Virus record (IMG/VR): IMGVR_UViG_2974732664_000001
Span: 39,833 to 103,832 of that record
Reading direction: 5' to 3' (one strand)
Length of the DNA stretch: 64,000 nt
Origin: a virus
Lineage: Duplodnaviria > Caudoviricetes
Within the stretch, counting starts at the first letter, position 1, and every line of letters begins with the position of its first letter. Below the pieces are notes generated by a model that had not been told where the DNA came from, did no database searches, and was given only the letters and a program-made list of their open reading frames with translations. The position numbers and the translations under genes were made by a program. Of the stretch, positions 54,401-64,000 are shown one piece after another.

Positions 54401-55597
54401 TCATAGGTATTTTGACGCGAGATCCCATGCCTGAGGTTGTTTTTCATGCCCAACATTGTATGATGTATGATTTTTTGTTTGGTGTTTGAGCATTTGTCTA
54501 AGTTTACTCGCAGCAGATGTCTGACCATTGCGCTGTGCTTCGCCCAGTAGAGCATCACCCTTCATTGTGAAGTAGGCTGATTCTATCAAATTGTTAACAA
54601 GGTTATTATTAAAAGCCTTCTGATACTCTGTTAAACCGTCTGCATCAGTTCTTGTGATATAATCGAACAACGCTTTTCTATCCTCCTTTGGAATATTGAT
54701 ACCTCTAATATTTGTAAGACTATTAATACTAGAAGTAAGATCGTTCATGAACTGTGCAGCTTGCTGCTCTTGTTCCTGTCTTTGAGCTTCCTGTTGCTGA
54801 GCCATATACTCTTGCTGTTGCTGTTCGTACGCCTTAAGATAATTTACAGCATCAGCTGCTTCATCTTCCAGCATGTCAGCATCTTCATAGCGCTCAATCT
54901 TGCGACTAATCTGTTCGTCGTTCATTCCCTATAATTTATAGAACTCGCGAACAGCTGCTTTCTGATTAGATTCGTCCTCCAAATCTATGTTATCGTAAGA
55001 CATAGATTTCTGTTGTGTCTGATAGAAGTCTTCAAATTTACCACCATTCTTTACGTACTGATCAAGTCTAGCAATACGATCATCGGCGTACTATGGGGTT
55101 GAATTCTCATCTACGACATCTTTGATATACTCTACGAGGTCCTCGACTGACTTAGGTTTCTCGTCTGCATCAACACTCCAACCATTAGCTTCAGCGAATG
55201 CGTCAAAGAAAGCACCAATCTATTCTGCTTCTCCAGGATCTACGACGTCAGTGTCAGTCTGCTGATCATTATCATCATTGTCGTTATCCTATTCGTTGTC
55301 AACTGTAGTTGAGTCGGACGTATTATTATTTAAAATATTATCTGGGACCTCTGTATCATCATCATGAGCGTTAGGATCACCAGTTACATTCTTATTATCT
55401 TTATTATCCTCAGAAGACTTATCGTCATCTGGATTGTCTAAATTATCAATATCATCATTAGGGTCATCTAACACCTGATTAACAACATCCTGGTTATCGA
55501 TGTCTGTAACGCTGTCGCCACCTTCCTGGCCACCGAACCCGAGAGAGCTCAAAGCGTCTTCAAAATCACCTAATGGATTTTTCTTTTTTCTTGCCAT
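54401..55597 (-). CDS. acidic scaffold-like protein (398 aa)
   Basis: Very D/N-rich N-terminus and Q-rich coiled coil; directly upstream of MCP. Confidence 0.75.
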
Positions 55598-55631
55598 AAT
55601 TTAAATTATAACTAAGTTAATATTTTTAATT

Positions 55632-55663
55632 GTTGTACGCTACACGGGAATCGAACCCGTGTA
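55632..55663 (-). other. isolated tRNA T-arm-like hairpin (tRNA remnant or mimic)
   Basis: Minus strand TACACGGG-TTCGATT-CCCGTGTA followed by GCGTACAA; no D-arm or anticodon arm visible upstream. Confidence 0.6.
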
Positions 55664-55669
55664 ATGTTA

Positions 55670-55840
55670 TTAATGTCTATTAGAGGGTTTCTTAAGCTTT
55701 CTCATTAGCTATTTCTCTGCTATCTACTACTCTGCTTCAGCCTACGCTTTTCTTCTACGTTTGATCTTACGAAAGAGCTTATGACGCTGATAGTCATTCT
55801 TCTTCTACATCTTTCGCTTAGGACTTTCCATCTGTGTCAT
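55670..55840 (-). CDS. small very basic protein (56 aa, 5 TAG)
   Basis: MTQMESPKRKMQKKNDYQRHKLFRKIKRRRKAQAEAEQQ...; TAATT-ATG start context as in neighbouring genes. Confidence 0.6.
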
Positions 55841-55906
55841 AATTAATCCTTTCCTTTATTCCACCACCAATGACCATGTTTGTCGTATTCTTTATTTGCA
55901 TCTATT

Positions 55907-57043
55907 TTAGCTTTCTTTAGATGCGAAATGATTTTTAGGCAATCCAAGTTCTAAATTTATATATTGATTAAACTTATCTTGCTACAATGGATTCACGCCT
56001 GCTATTCTTTCATCTTTACCACCTTTGAAGTGCAAATTATTTCCTCTTCTCCACCAGAACTTCTAGCCATAAGAGTCTTTGCCAAAGTTATTAGATGGAA
56101 GCAAGTTTAGTATATTCGGAAGTGAAGGCTATGTTATACTATCGTACATCTACTGTTTATACTTATTAAGATCACGCTATTGCTGAGCCTTTATTTCTTC
56201 CTAAGTTGGACCAAGTAGAGTTGTAGGAACATCTGCTCTAATAGTACTAGGCTATCTTATAGATGGAGAATTGATAATTATAGGACTAGCATTCTTAGCA
56301 TCTTCGTAATCCTGCTCAATGCCATTTAACTATACATTATAATTATAAGCATCCTTATGTGCATTCTTGTGATTACGAGCGGCTTTAACAAGGCTATTCA
56401 TACTATTAAGGTTTCTCGAGTAATTCTAAAGAGAATCTTCATAATAACCCTTCTATTTAAGAGCCCTAGCATAATCCTATGTAGATTTAGCTCTAAGAGC
56501 TGCTCCGTATCGTGTATGCATAAGTCTTACATAATCCTTAACAAAATCCGCATCGCTCTTATATGTATTGTAAGTCTTACCATTCCAGCCTACTCCACCA
56601 TAATTGTGTTGTCTTCTAGCAACTCTAGATCTACCATAATTAGATTCGTATGCAAGCTAACGCATTACATTGTAAAACGCAGCATCACCATAACCATATC
56701 TGTTCAGCTATTGTCCTACAAGAGGGCCCATTCTGTTAACAAAAGTATTAATAGAATCATCTTTTCCACCTTTATATTTATGAAGTATAGGATGCTCTTC
56801 ATTTAATGGAGTATCAAAAGGCAATGGCTTAATAATGTCTTCAGCTATATTAACATCTTTTCCTTCATTATAAGCATTAAGTATAGACTATACATTCTGA
56901 TCAATCTACAGCTACTCTTCTGGACTAGGTTCCTCAGCCTGGGTGTCTCCACCCAAGTTGATTCCTCTAATGTCTTTCCAGTAATCAGCGCCATTCTTCC
57001 ACGCCTCATACTTCTATTGAAACGTCTTATTATCGAACTTCAT
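55907..57043 (-). CDS. GH73 glucosaminidase-domain virion protein (378 aa, code 15)
   Basis: QLAYESNYGRS..HNYGGVG, LKQKGYY; TAATG-coupled to portal. Absent from the ORF track because of TAG codons. Confidence 0.8.
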
Positions 57044-59514
57044 TACTTCCCACTAACCGTTTTATTCTTAAGGGCCGTGCGAGCCTTAAGTTTCTCGCGT
57101 TCATAAGCAGCATCATCCTTAGCCTTCTGCAGCTCTGTCTCATGCTTCATCTTATCTTTCTCAAGCTAAATCTTTTGATCTTCTATCTCACGCTTCTACT
57201 TAGCTTCATAACGCTTATTATAAGCCTCTTGATTAATCTTCTGCTGTTCGATAGCCTGTTTACCAATTTCTACTGGGTCTGGGATTCCGTTTTGATCCTG
57301 ATCTAATTCCTCGGTTCCACGATAAGCATTAATCTGTGCTACAGCTATCTTAGTCTGATTATCTTGGTCAATCTGGTATCTCTGAAGATCCATCTGAGCT
57401 TCCTGCAACATAAGCTCCTGCTGTTTGGCTTCGTTCTGCATCTACTGTAACTGCTGTTGCTGCTGAGCTTCTGCTTCCTGCTACTGTTGCTGTATCTGCT
57501 CCTGTCTAGTCTACATATCCTTAAGCTTCTGCTTAATGATATTGAAGTTATCGTTTGTAAGAATCTCTGCGGCTTCAAGTAAGCTGGCACCATTCTGCAT
57601 AGCTGGCTGTATAAGCTGCTGGAGCTTCTGTATGTTCTCGAGATCTTTAGACGTATCACTTACGAATACATCCATGTCCTCATAGTAGAACTTAGGAGTA
57701 ATATCCAAGAATGCTCTTTCTCCATTATCAAAGATATATTGGAGCTTCTGTTTACCGGTCTCTTCCCAAGCACCCTTAGCTGTATTAAGGAGCATATTAA
57801 GTACTCTTCGCTTGCACTAGTTGTGAACCCAGAATAATGGTTCAGTAATATGCGAGCTCTGTATTACAGATCTTTCTACATTACCAACCATCTCCGATGA
57901 ACTTACAGCTCCTTCACGCTGCTATGTAATACCAGAGATTGTTCCAGCCAACTCTTCTATCTTATCCATCAGCTGTATATATTCAGCTATGACGTTAGAC
58001 ATTGTAAGGTCCAACGCTGTTATCTGGTTAAACTGAGCAGGCTTACCGCCCTCTCTTCCTGGGATATTCCAACCTTCTTCGTATGGGTTAATAAAGTTAA
58101 CACCAACGCTAGACAAGTAGTGCATCCATTTAGCCGGGCTAATATTCATAGACTTAGGAATCTATGTAATATCCATGTTTACAACCTTACCTTTATCTCT
58201 AGCAATAGCTAACTCAAGTCTGTACCACAATACAATATACATATACTGTAATGGCTTAAGAATGCTAACCAATGATTTAGGTTTACTATTTGTGTTACTA
58301 TAAATAGCGCCACAATAAGGAAGCTTCTGGCTATTAGGGTTATCGATACTTACATGCTGATACTCGATAGGCTGTATGCCAAAGTATAAGTCACTACCAG
58401 CTCTATATCCTTCCCATACCTCTATAATCCAATCTGGTTCTATGCTTACCTCGTTACCAACAGGCTGATATGTTTCATCAACTATATTGATCTAAGGCTG
58501 TCCTGCGTCATCTGTAGTTGTTACGTAAAAGATCTTCTTAAAAGACTTCCAGCAACAATGCCATACATTTACAAGCGATTTACCTGACCCTTCAAATATC
58601 GGGTTATCATATATACGTAACTGTATGCCCATATCAACAGGGCTTCTGTCTCCAAGGTTTCTACCTGGAGTAGAACCAATCATTTCTTCAAGCTTGTCAA
58701 GGTCTTTCTCTTCAAGCTTATCGTAATATCTATCGTATACTTCAGTTATAGGCATACGCATCTTTCTGCAACACCATGATCCATCCTCAATAAACTCAAG
58801 ATCTGGACTCTTGTCATAAGAGAAACATATAGGATTAACCCTCTCAGCATATGGCTCTGCATTAAGTACGCCAACGTAATAAATTTCTCTACCTGAGATC
58901 AATCCGTCCTTCCAGCCTTTGATAAACTCGTTGTCAAGATCAAGCTTTTCTCTCAGATAAGTAAGAGAATGATACGCAGTATTTTCTACAATATCTTTGT
59001 AGTCTTTGTCCATATACTTAGCTATCTACTCTGGCGGCATAATCTCTCCAGACTGTAGCTATTCCTGGAACTACTGAGCTTCCTCTGGGCTCATTCTAGC
59101 TGTGATAGCTGCTTCTATATATTGTAGAATCATCTATTTCTCTTTCTCCTGCATTTCTGATGTAGCCTCCTATGAAGTTCTGATAACTCTGAAGTTAAGA
59201 GGTCTTTTTGTTTCCTCACCTATAAGCAAATCTACTTTAGGTCTTATAATATTAAAGTCGTGAGGAGTAGCAGGAAAACCATCCTCGACCTTGAATGGGT
59301 TTGTAATTGATTTAAAATCCTTCTCGTCGAAGATGCTGTTATATAAATTATAATAGGTCTACAGCTCTCCGTAATATGATGTACTATTTCCTCCAGATGT
59401 TACGTTACCTTCACCTATAATATAGTTAACGCAATCTTCCTGCCATTTCTTTCCTTTCTTTGAAAGAGGGAGCTTTTGTCTGGGGAAAGCTGAATTGTAT
59501 AAGTTATCTTCCAT
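57043..59514 (-). CDS. portal protein (823 aa, code 15)
   Basis: FPRQKLPLSKK, NIIRPKVDLLIGEETKRP, KLPYCG, ELAIARDKGK, Q-rich C-terminal barrel; follows terL. Confidence 0.92.
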
Positions 59515-59517
59515 ATA

Positions 59518-62500
59518 TTAAAATGTGAATATCGGCATACCGTCTTCACTTGTGCTGCTATCTTCTTCAAACCATTGTTTGCTAAATAACGGCATCTCGA
59601 AGAGTTCAACCTATTTGTTTTGTTCTTTTGCAGACGACACCTTTAGCTAATAGAGCTCCTCTCTGTATATCATTACCATACATAAAGCTATCACACGGTC
59701 TACATTTCGTACACCATCATTCTCTATAAGCTCTTCTATTAGAGGTTCGCTGTATACTCTTTCTACATTAGGGTGACCTTCTTCAAACTCATCTAACAGC
59801 CACTCTAATATTAATCCTTCGCCATACGCCCTAATTTGCTTGGTCATGTGGCATCCTTTTCTTCTTTGCACTTTGCTGTCTTTAAAGACTTCAGATATGA
59901 TTTTATCTGGCTAATCAGCCAAGAGGTAATCGCAGTGTTTATTCGTAAAGTAAGGGTAGATTCCTTTTCTTTCATTCTCAAATAATAATCTAGCGTTATA
60001 AAACGTAAGCAGCTTGCGAACATTCTCATAGTATTCTTCTGCTGTATCCGGTCTTCCGGAATACTCTGCTACTATTACATCTGTCCATGCTTCCCCAGCT
60101 CTTACGCGCTTAAATATAAATGTAGAACCAAGAGAGTTTGTAAAACTATCATCATGGTCATCAATTTGTTATCGTTAAGCTTTTTATCTTAACTTCTACA
60201 TGTCCCCATGTAGTTCAGCATATATTATCACCAAATTGGCGTCGAGCACTCGTGGGAGAATTATATTTATTCATCTCCTATGCGTTACACTGTTTTATAG
60301 CCTTTCGTAATCTATAAGATTAGCACGGTGTTTTCTGTTCTAGACTTTCACCGTTTTTGCTCGATTGTACCCCGCTGATATGTTAACGGGTCGCAATTGT
60401 GCGTAAGAATATTTCTGCACATAAACGTATGTGTTTCACATTCAAAATTATACACAATTCCAGTATATGACGATTCTTCTATTTTCTCTATTTTTAGTAA
60501 TACTTTATTACCAGCTTCTTCATCATTAATAAATTTAATCTTCATCTTTGATGTAGGTGGTATCTCTGCTTGTTTTAGAAGCTTTATTTTTCTACTCTCA
60601 AACACAGGTGTGTTCTATAGCTAATATTGATCAGCTCTACTTATATTTATTCTATACGATTGTTCTGAATGAATGCCATGTCTGCTTACGCATTCTTTCT
60701 AATGAATAACTATGCTATTTGCTATCTTCATTCCAAATAACATATCCTGCACGTCTTCCAGGAGCTATAAGTTTACACTAGTGAAATTTACTCGAACCTT
60801 TCCGTTATCATAGAATACCGATCCATCCGAATCTAAATAACCCTATATAAATGATCTTTTATACGCATTTGGTAACCGCTTTATAAATTCTGGAACCCTT
60901 TTGTTATAAGCGTTCGAACCAAACATAGACTTAAGTTTTAAAAATAGATTTTTATTCGTAAATCTTCTTGTCTATTCTTTATCTTTATGAACGTGTATAC
61001 ATTTTCTATCAAATAGTTCAAGTACTAAAGAATCGTAGAACTATGCTAAATCTTCTTCATCTTTTCCTATTGATAAATAAATATCATAAGAATTTCCGTT
61101 TTTGTTACAAAATCCATCACCCAACCAAAGCCCATAAAAATAATAAAGTTTAGAAAGTTTTTCGTCAATATCTACATAATTATTATTTACGTATATATTT
61201 GGGATTTCTAACCAATCTTCTTTTTTCAGATCTTTAGCTTTAACAAATCCTTTATCGTAAACCCATATTGGGTGTTCTCCTGTAAACGTGGTTGTTCTGA
61301 ATGACCCATATGGTTTTACTTTAAATATTGGTTCGTCTTTTTTTTCGTATCTCTAAAGATTCTTTATCTCTACAAACTTGCCGTTTTTGTTTAAAAGCTT
61401 ATCATCAAATGTAACATCTTCTACATTTACCAAACCGCGCTATGTGCAAACCTTTTCTCCTGGTGTTAAACATCCTCCTATATATAAACCGAGCGGAGGA
61501 TCCTTTACTGGGTATTCCCATATAACTACTGATCCATGGGGCTTATCTCCCTTCTTAAGAGGGTAGTTAGTTATATCACCACTAGGCTTCTCTGTAGCCT
61601 TTACCTGACCATTTCCATCCCATTCTAGATCAACTATATGCTTCATGCTTTGTAGCTTCTTGTTGGTCCTTATTCTTGTCAACTGGTCCATTAATAACTT
61701 TCTAGGGAATATATTCTTACCGAGCTCAAATACAGCTTCTGCTGGCCTTATAGGACGCTCTGATATAAAACGGTCTATTGACTGCTAACTAGCACCTCCA
61801 TCTTTTACCTTGTTTCTCTAATCTATAAGGTTCTCTATAGCTTTCTCTTTATAGCTATTTCCATCCCTATCCATGTAAACCTAATTACCGTCATCATCAA
61901 ATGACTCTAGGTTTGAATATGCTGGAACAAAGAATGCACATTCAGTATTCTCTCTGCCTTCATCCCATATATTAGGGAAGCTGAGAACATTATAAGACTT
62001 AGGCTTATAGAACAATTCTTTCAATCCTTCGAAGCTAGCTCCTTCGGTACCACCGGTACCAAATGCTATCATCAATCCGAACGCTTTACCGTCATCGGTT
62101 TCTACTGAAGGCTGTTCTATACGCCATGCATCAAGAAGGCTAGGGAATTTACCACCTTCCTCCCATAGTACAAGCTTAGCACGTGTACCACGCACACGTT
62201 CTGGATCGTTCTTAAGAGTTATTCCTGTTATACTGGACAGGTATCCTTGTTCGGTTTGTTTGCCAAACTCATCGGTGATTTTATAACCGGATGTTCTTTC
62301 CATACGTGTAGACACAAGTCTTTGCTTAGCCCATGCTGTATGCTTATCAAGGAAGTCCATTATCTGCCAGGCTTTAGTTAACAAACCATCACCTATAAGG
62401 AATTTCTGTTCTGATGCTATAGCAAAGTTCTTCGAACCTGGTATAAGCATATAGTTTCTAACCAGCATAGATCCACCTTTAAATGAATATCCTCTCTGTC

Positions 62501-62882
62501 TGCATTTAAGTACAGCCATATGCTTTCCTTCCAGCTCTGCTTGTTCTATAGCGCAAAAATAATAGTAGTCATAGTCCCAAAAGCTAGGGAACTCAAGTAT
62601 ACGTTGTCTTCTCTTTCTAAGGTTACCCTCTCTATCTGTATACTCTTCTTCCTTTAGTCGCATGATTGGACTATAATTTAGATAGAAGTAATTGTATCCA
62701 GTTATACCTTCTCCATCTGGAGCTGTATAACCATTAATGCATCTATCTGTTTCTTGCTCCCAATATTTGTTATAATCAGTAGTACCTCTAGGAGCTAAGG
62801 TATAGCATCCATGCTGTTGAAAGAAGATAGCTGCCTATCTAAACTTATCAGTATCATGGAGTCTCTAATTAAAGTCTATCAT
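59518..62882 (-). CDS. terL: terminase large subunit, join(60386-62882, 59518-60161); 1046-aa precursor including intein, ~687 aa mature
   Basis: Walker A LKCRQRGYS, Walker B LWEEGG, FGTGG. The nuclease motif YIGGCDPYDHD is restored only after removing both intein and intron; also AEYSGRP and NVDRV. Confidence 0.93.
60162..60385 (-). ncRNA. group I intron, ORF-less, 224 nt
   Basis: The 5' exon ends in U (CCG-T) and the intron ends in G. Splicing gives CCG TAT GAC CAT (PYDH) and corrects the frame. IGS GCGGG pairs with CCCGU; P3 TCGAGCA/TGCTCGA, P4 ACGGTG/CACCGT, P7 GCATA/TATGC. Confidence 0.9.
60396..61472 (-). mobile_element. intein with LAGLIDADG homing endonuclease (359 aa) in TerL
   Basis: N-terminus CLTPGEKV, block B TFTGEHPIW, endonuclease motifs FYGLWVGDG and FIQGYLDSDG, C-terminus VYNFECETHTF..ILTHN followed by Cys. 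Confidence 0.95.
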
Positions 62883-62884
62883 AA

Positions 62885-63394
62885 TTATTCGTACATACCA
62901 ATAATGCCACCACCCTTGACTCTACCGGTTTCTGCTTGTTCTGCTTTTGCCTACTTCATAGCCATGTCTAACGACTTGATTATTCCGCTAACATCTTTCA
63001 ATATAGCTGAAAGCTTCTTAGCTGTATCTATATCAAGCTCTTCTTCTGCATAGCTATCCATCGTGTTCATAATGCCCTCTGCTGCGCTCTTAGAAGATTT
63101 AAGCAGCCTGGTAGCAGGAGTCTCTTGGAACTCCTGGAACCTTTTTGCTAATTCTTTTACAACGTCATCAGGTTTATAATTCTCATCATTAAGTACATCT
63201 TTAGCTACTCTCCATGTGCGTTCTTTCTCTGGATATGCCTCATATGGGCTATTCCATTTATATCTCCACACTATGAATTCAATCTTCTTTAATGCATCTT
63301 GTTTATCTTTAGCATTGTTGTAGAAGTCTTTAAATGGTGGTATAGCTAAATCTTCTGTGCTTAATTGTATTTTATTCTATATGATGTCAAACAT
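62885..63394 (-). CDS. putative terminase small subunit (169 aa)
   Basis: Immediately upstream of terL; WNSPYEAY, C-terminal RVKGGG; helical. Confidence 0.6.
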
Positions 63395-63720
63395 TACTTA
63401 AATAGTCTTTTAAGCCAACTATAATGTTTTCTTGTTTTTAAATAATCTAAATTGTACTAGTTACTGTAAGCTTCTCTCTCAAAGGAAAGATTTCTATACG
63501 CATTTCCTTTACAGAACAGTTTAACTAACCATTCTACTCCATACCACAAATAAAATGGTACATATAGCATTTCTTTCATCTATTCTGTATGTATCTGTTC
63601 ATGGTTGATTGTAATATCAGCTATCTTAGCATTTGGCCTACAGAATAGATATCCAAATAAATTAATCGCCAGAAATCCTTTTGGAGGAAGTATGTTCTAT
63701 CTAATTATTTTTATGCCCAA
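63394..63720 (-). CDS. small HExxH zincin-like membrane protein of Bacteroidota type (~108 aa); start uncertain
   Basis: PKGFLAINLFG, INHEQIHTEQMKE, FYLWY, AYRNLSFEREAY; no in-frame ATG, so the start is TTG (63720) or ATA (63714). Confidence 0.75.
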
Positions 63721-64000
63721 ATCCTCTACTAGATACTTTTAGTGTTCTATTGGAATCCATCCATAAAACTCCTTCAATTTTTGGATCACTTGTAGGCAGA
63801 CCATCTAATATATACAATATATCATCCGATGACGCATTATTAATTCTCTTTAAATGAAGCCCTTTATTATTATGACTATTTGTTAATGTTACAAAATCGT
63901 TCCCTGCAAAATCGTGGCCGCTAATATTTATATATGGTCTACCGTTACCATCATACAATCTTATACTTGTGTCAGTAATACTAGAACAATCAAAACCATT
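63662..64000 (-). CDS. tail fibre-like protein, C-terminal fragment (gene starts beyond the window)
   Basis: LPTSDPKIEGVLWMDSNRTLKVS resembles common fibre C-terminal motifs; ends at 63701 (TAG) or at 63662 (TAA under code 15). Confidence 0.5.

Noticed and set aside
55632-55710. Complete (suppressor) tRNA gene
   Set aside because: Only a T-arm is present; no D-arm, anticodon arm or matching acceptor 5' strand was found.
60348-60385. ORF-track tail LTYQRGTIEQKR as the TerL C-terminus
   Set aside because: It is read-in to the intron; the real C-terminal nuclease region resumes at 60161 in another frame.
1354-62882. Apparent mass pseudogenisation of structural genes
   Set aside because: The breaks I read are TAG in one frame per gene and motifs stay intact across them, so recoding explains it. 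The exceptions (44256/44280 stops, terL intron, two frame breaks) are reported separately.
3460-63053. Dozens of short + strand ORFs in the track
   Set aside because: They lie antisense to continuous code-15 genes and have the I/L/F/S/Y-rich composition typical of shadow frames.
1-64000. CRISPR array, DGR, integrase or rRNA
   Set aside because: I saw no regularly spaced repeats, reverse transcriptase, recombinase or rRNA-like sequence by eye.

Overview
This is about 64 kb of a crAss-like (Crassvirales) gut phage genome, probably infecting a Bacteroidota host. The short + strand block (1-1307) reads in the standard code and ends at a terminator hairpin. The whole - strand late region (1354-64000) makes sense only if TAG encodes Gln (code 15). 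The supplied ORF track is fragmented for that reason, and I re-joined the fragments by frame arithmetic plus hand translation. In transcription order the late genes are: a tail-fibre C-terminus, a small zincin, putative TerS, TerL (LAGLIDADG intein plus an ORF-less group I intron 10 nt apart), portal, GH73 glucosaminidase, a small basic ORF, a scaffold-like protein, major capsid protein, a conserved capsid-adjacent protein, three ring-protein paralogues, auxiliary capsid protein, a tail protein, a ~1386-codon metallophosphoesterase coupled to a ~2497-aa CotH-kinase/LRR protein, a lysis cassette (DUF5675, holin, spanin-like), ring/IHF-like/ring/muzzle tail genes, cargo proteins, a ~5443-aa virion RNA polymerase polyprotein and a ~1945-aa zincin-bearing cargo protein. 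The most notable observations are five. (1) A host-type RNAP alpha-subunit CTD appears to be inserted next to the catalytic barrel of the virion RNAP. (2) A kinase/phosphatase gene pair sits in the tail module. (3) A perfect 58-bp inverted repeat breaks the phosphatase. (4) An intein and an intron are stacked on the TerL nuclease site. (5) A cargo gene has a candidate +1 frameshift at AAA-TAA, and amber codons are heavily loaded into the lysis genes. Product names come from motif recognition, not database searches. Long ORFs were spot-checked rather than read codon by codon.
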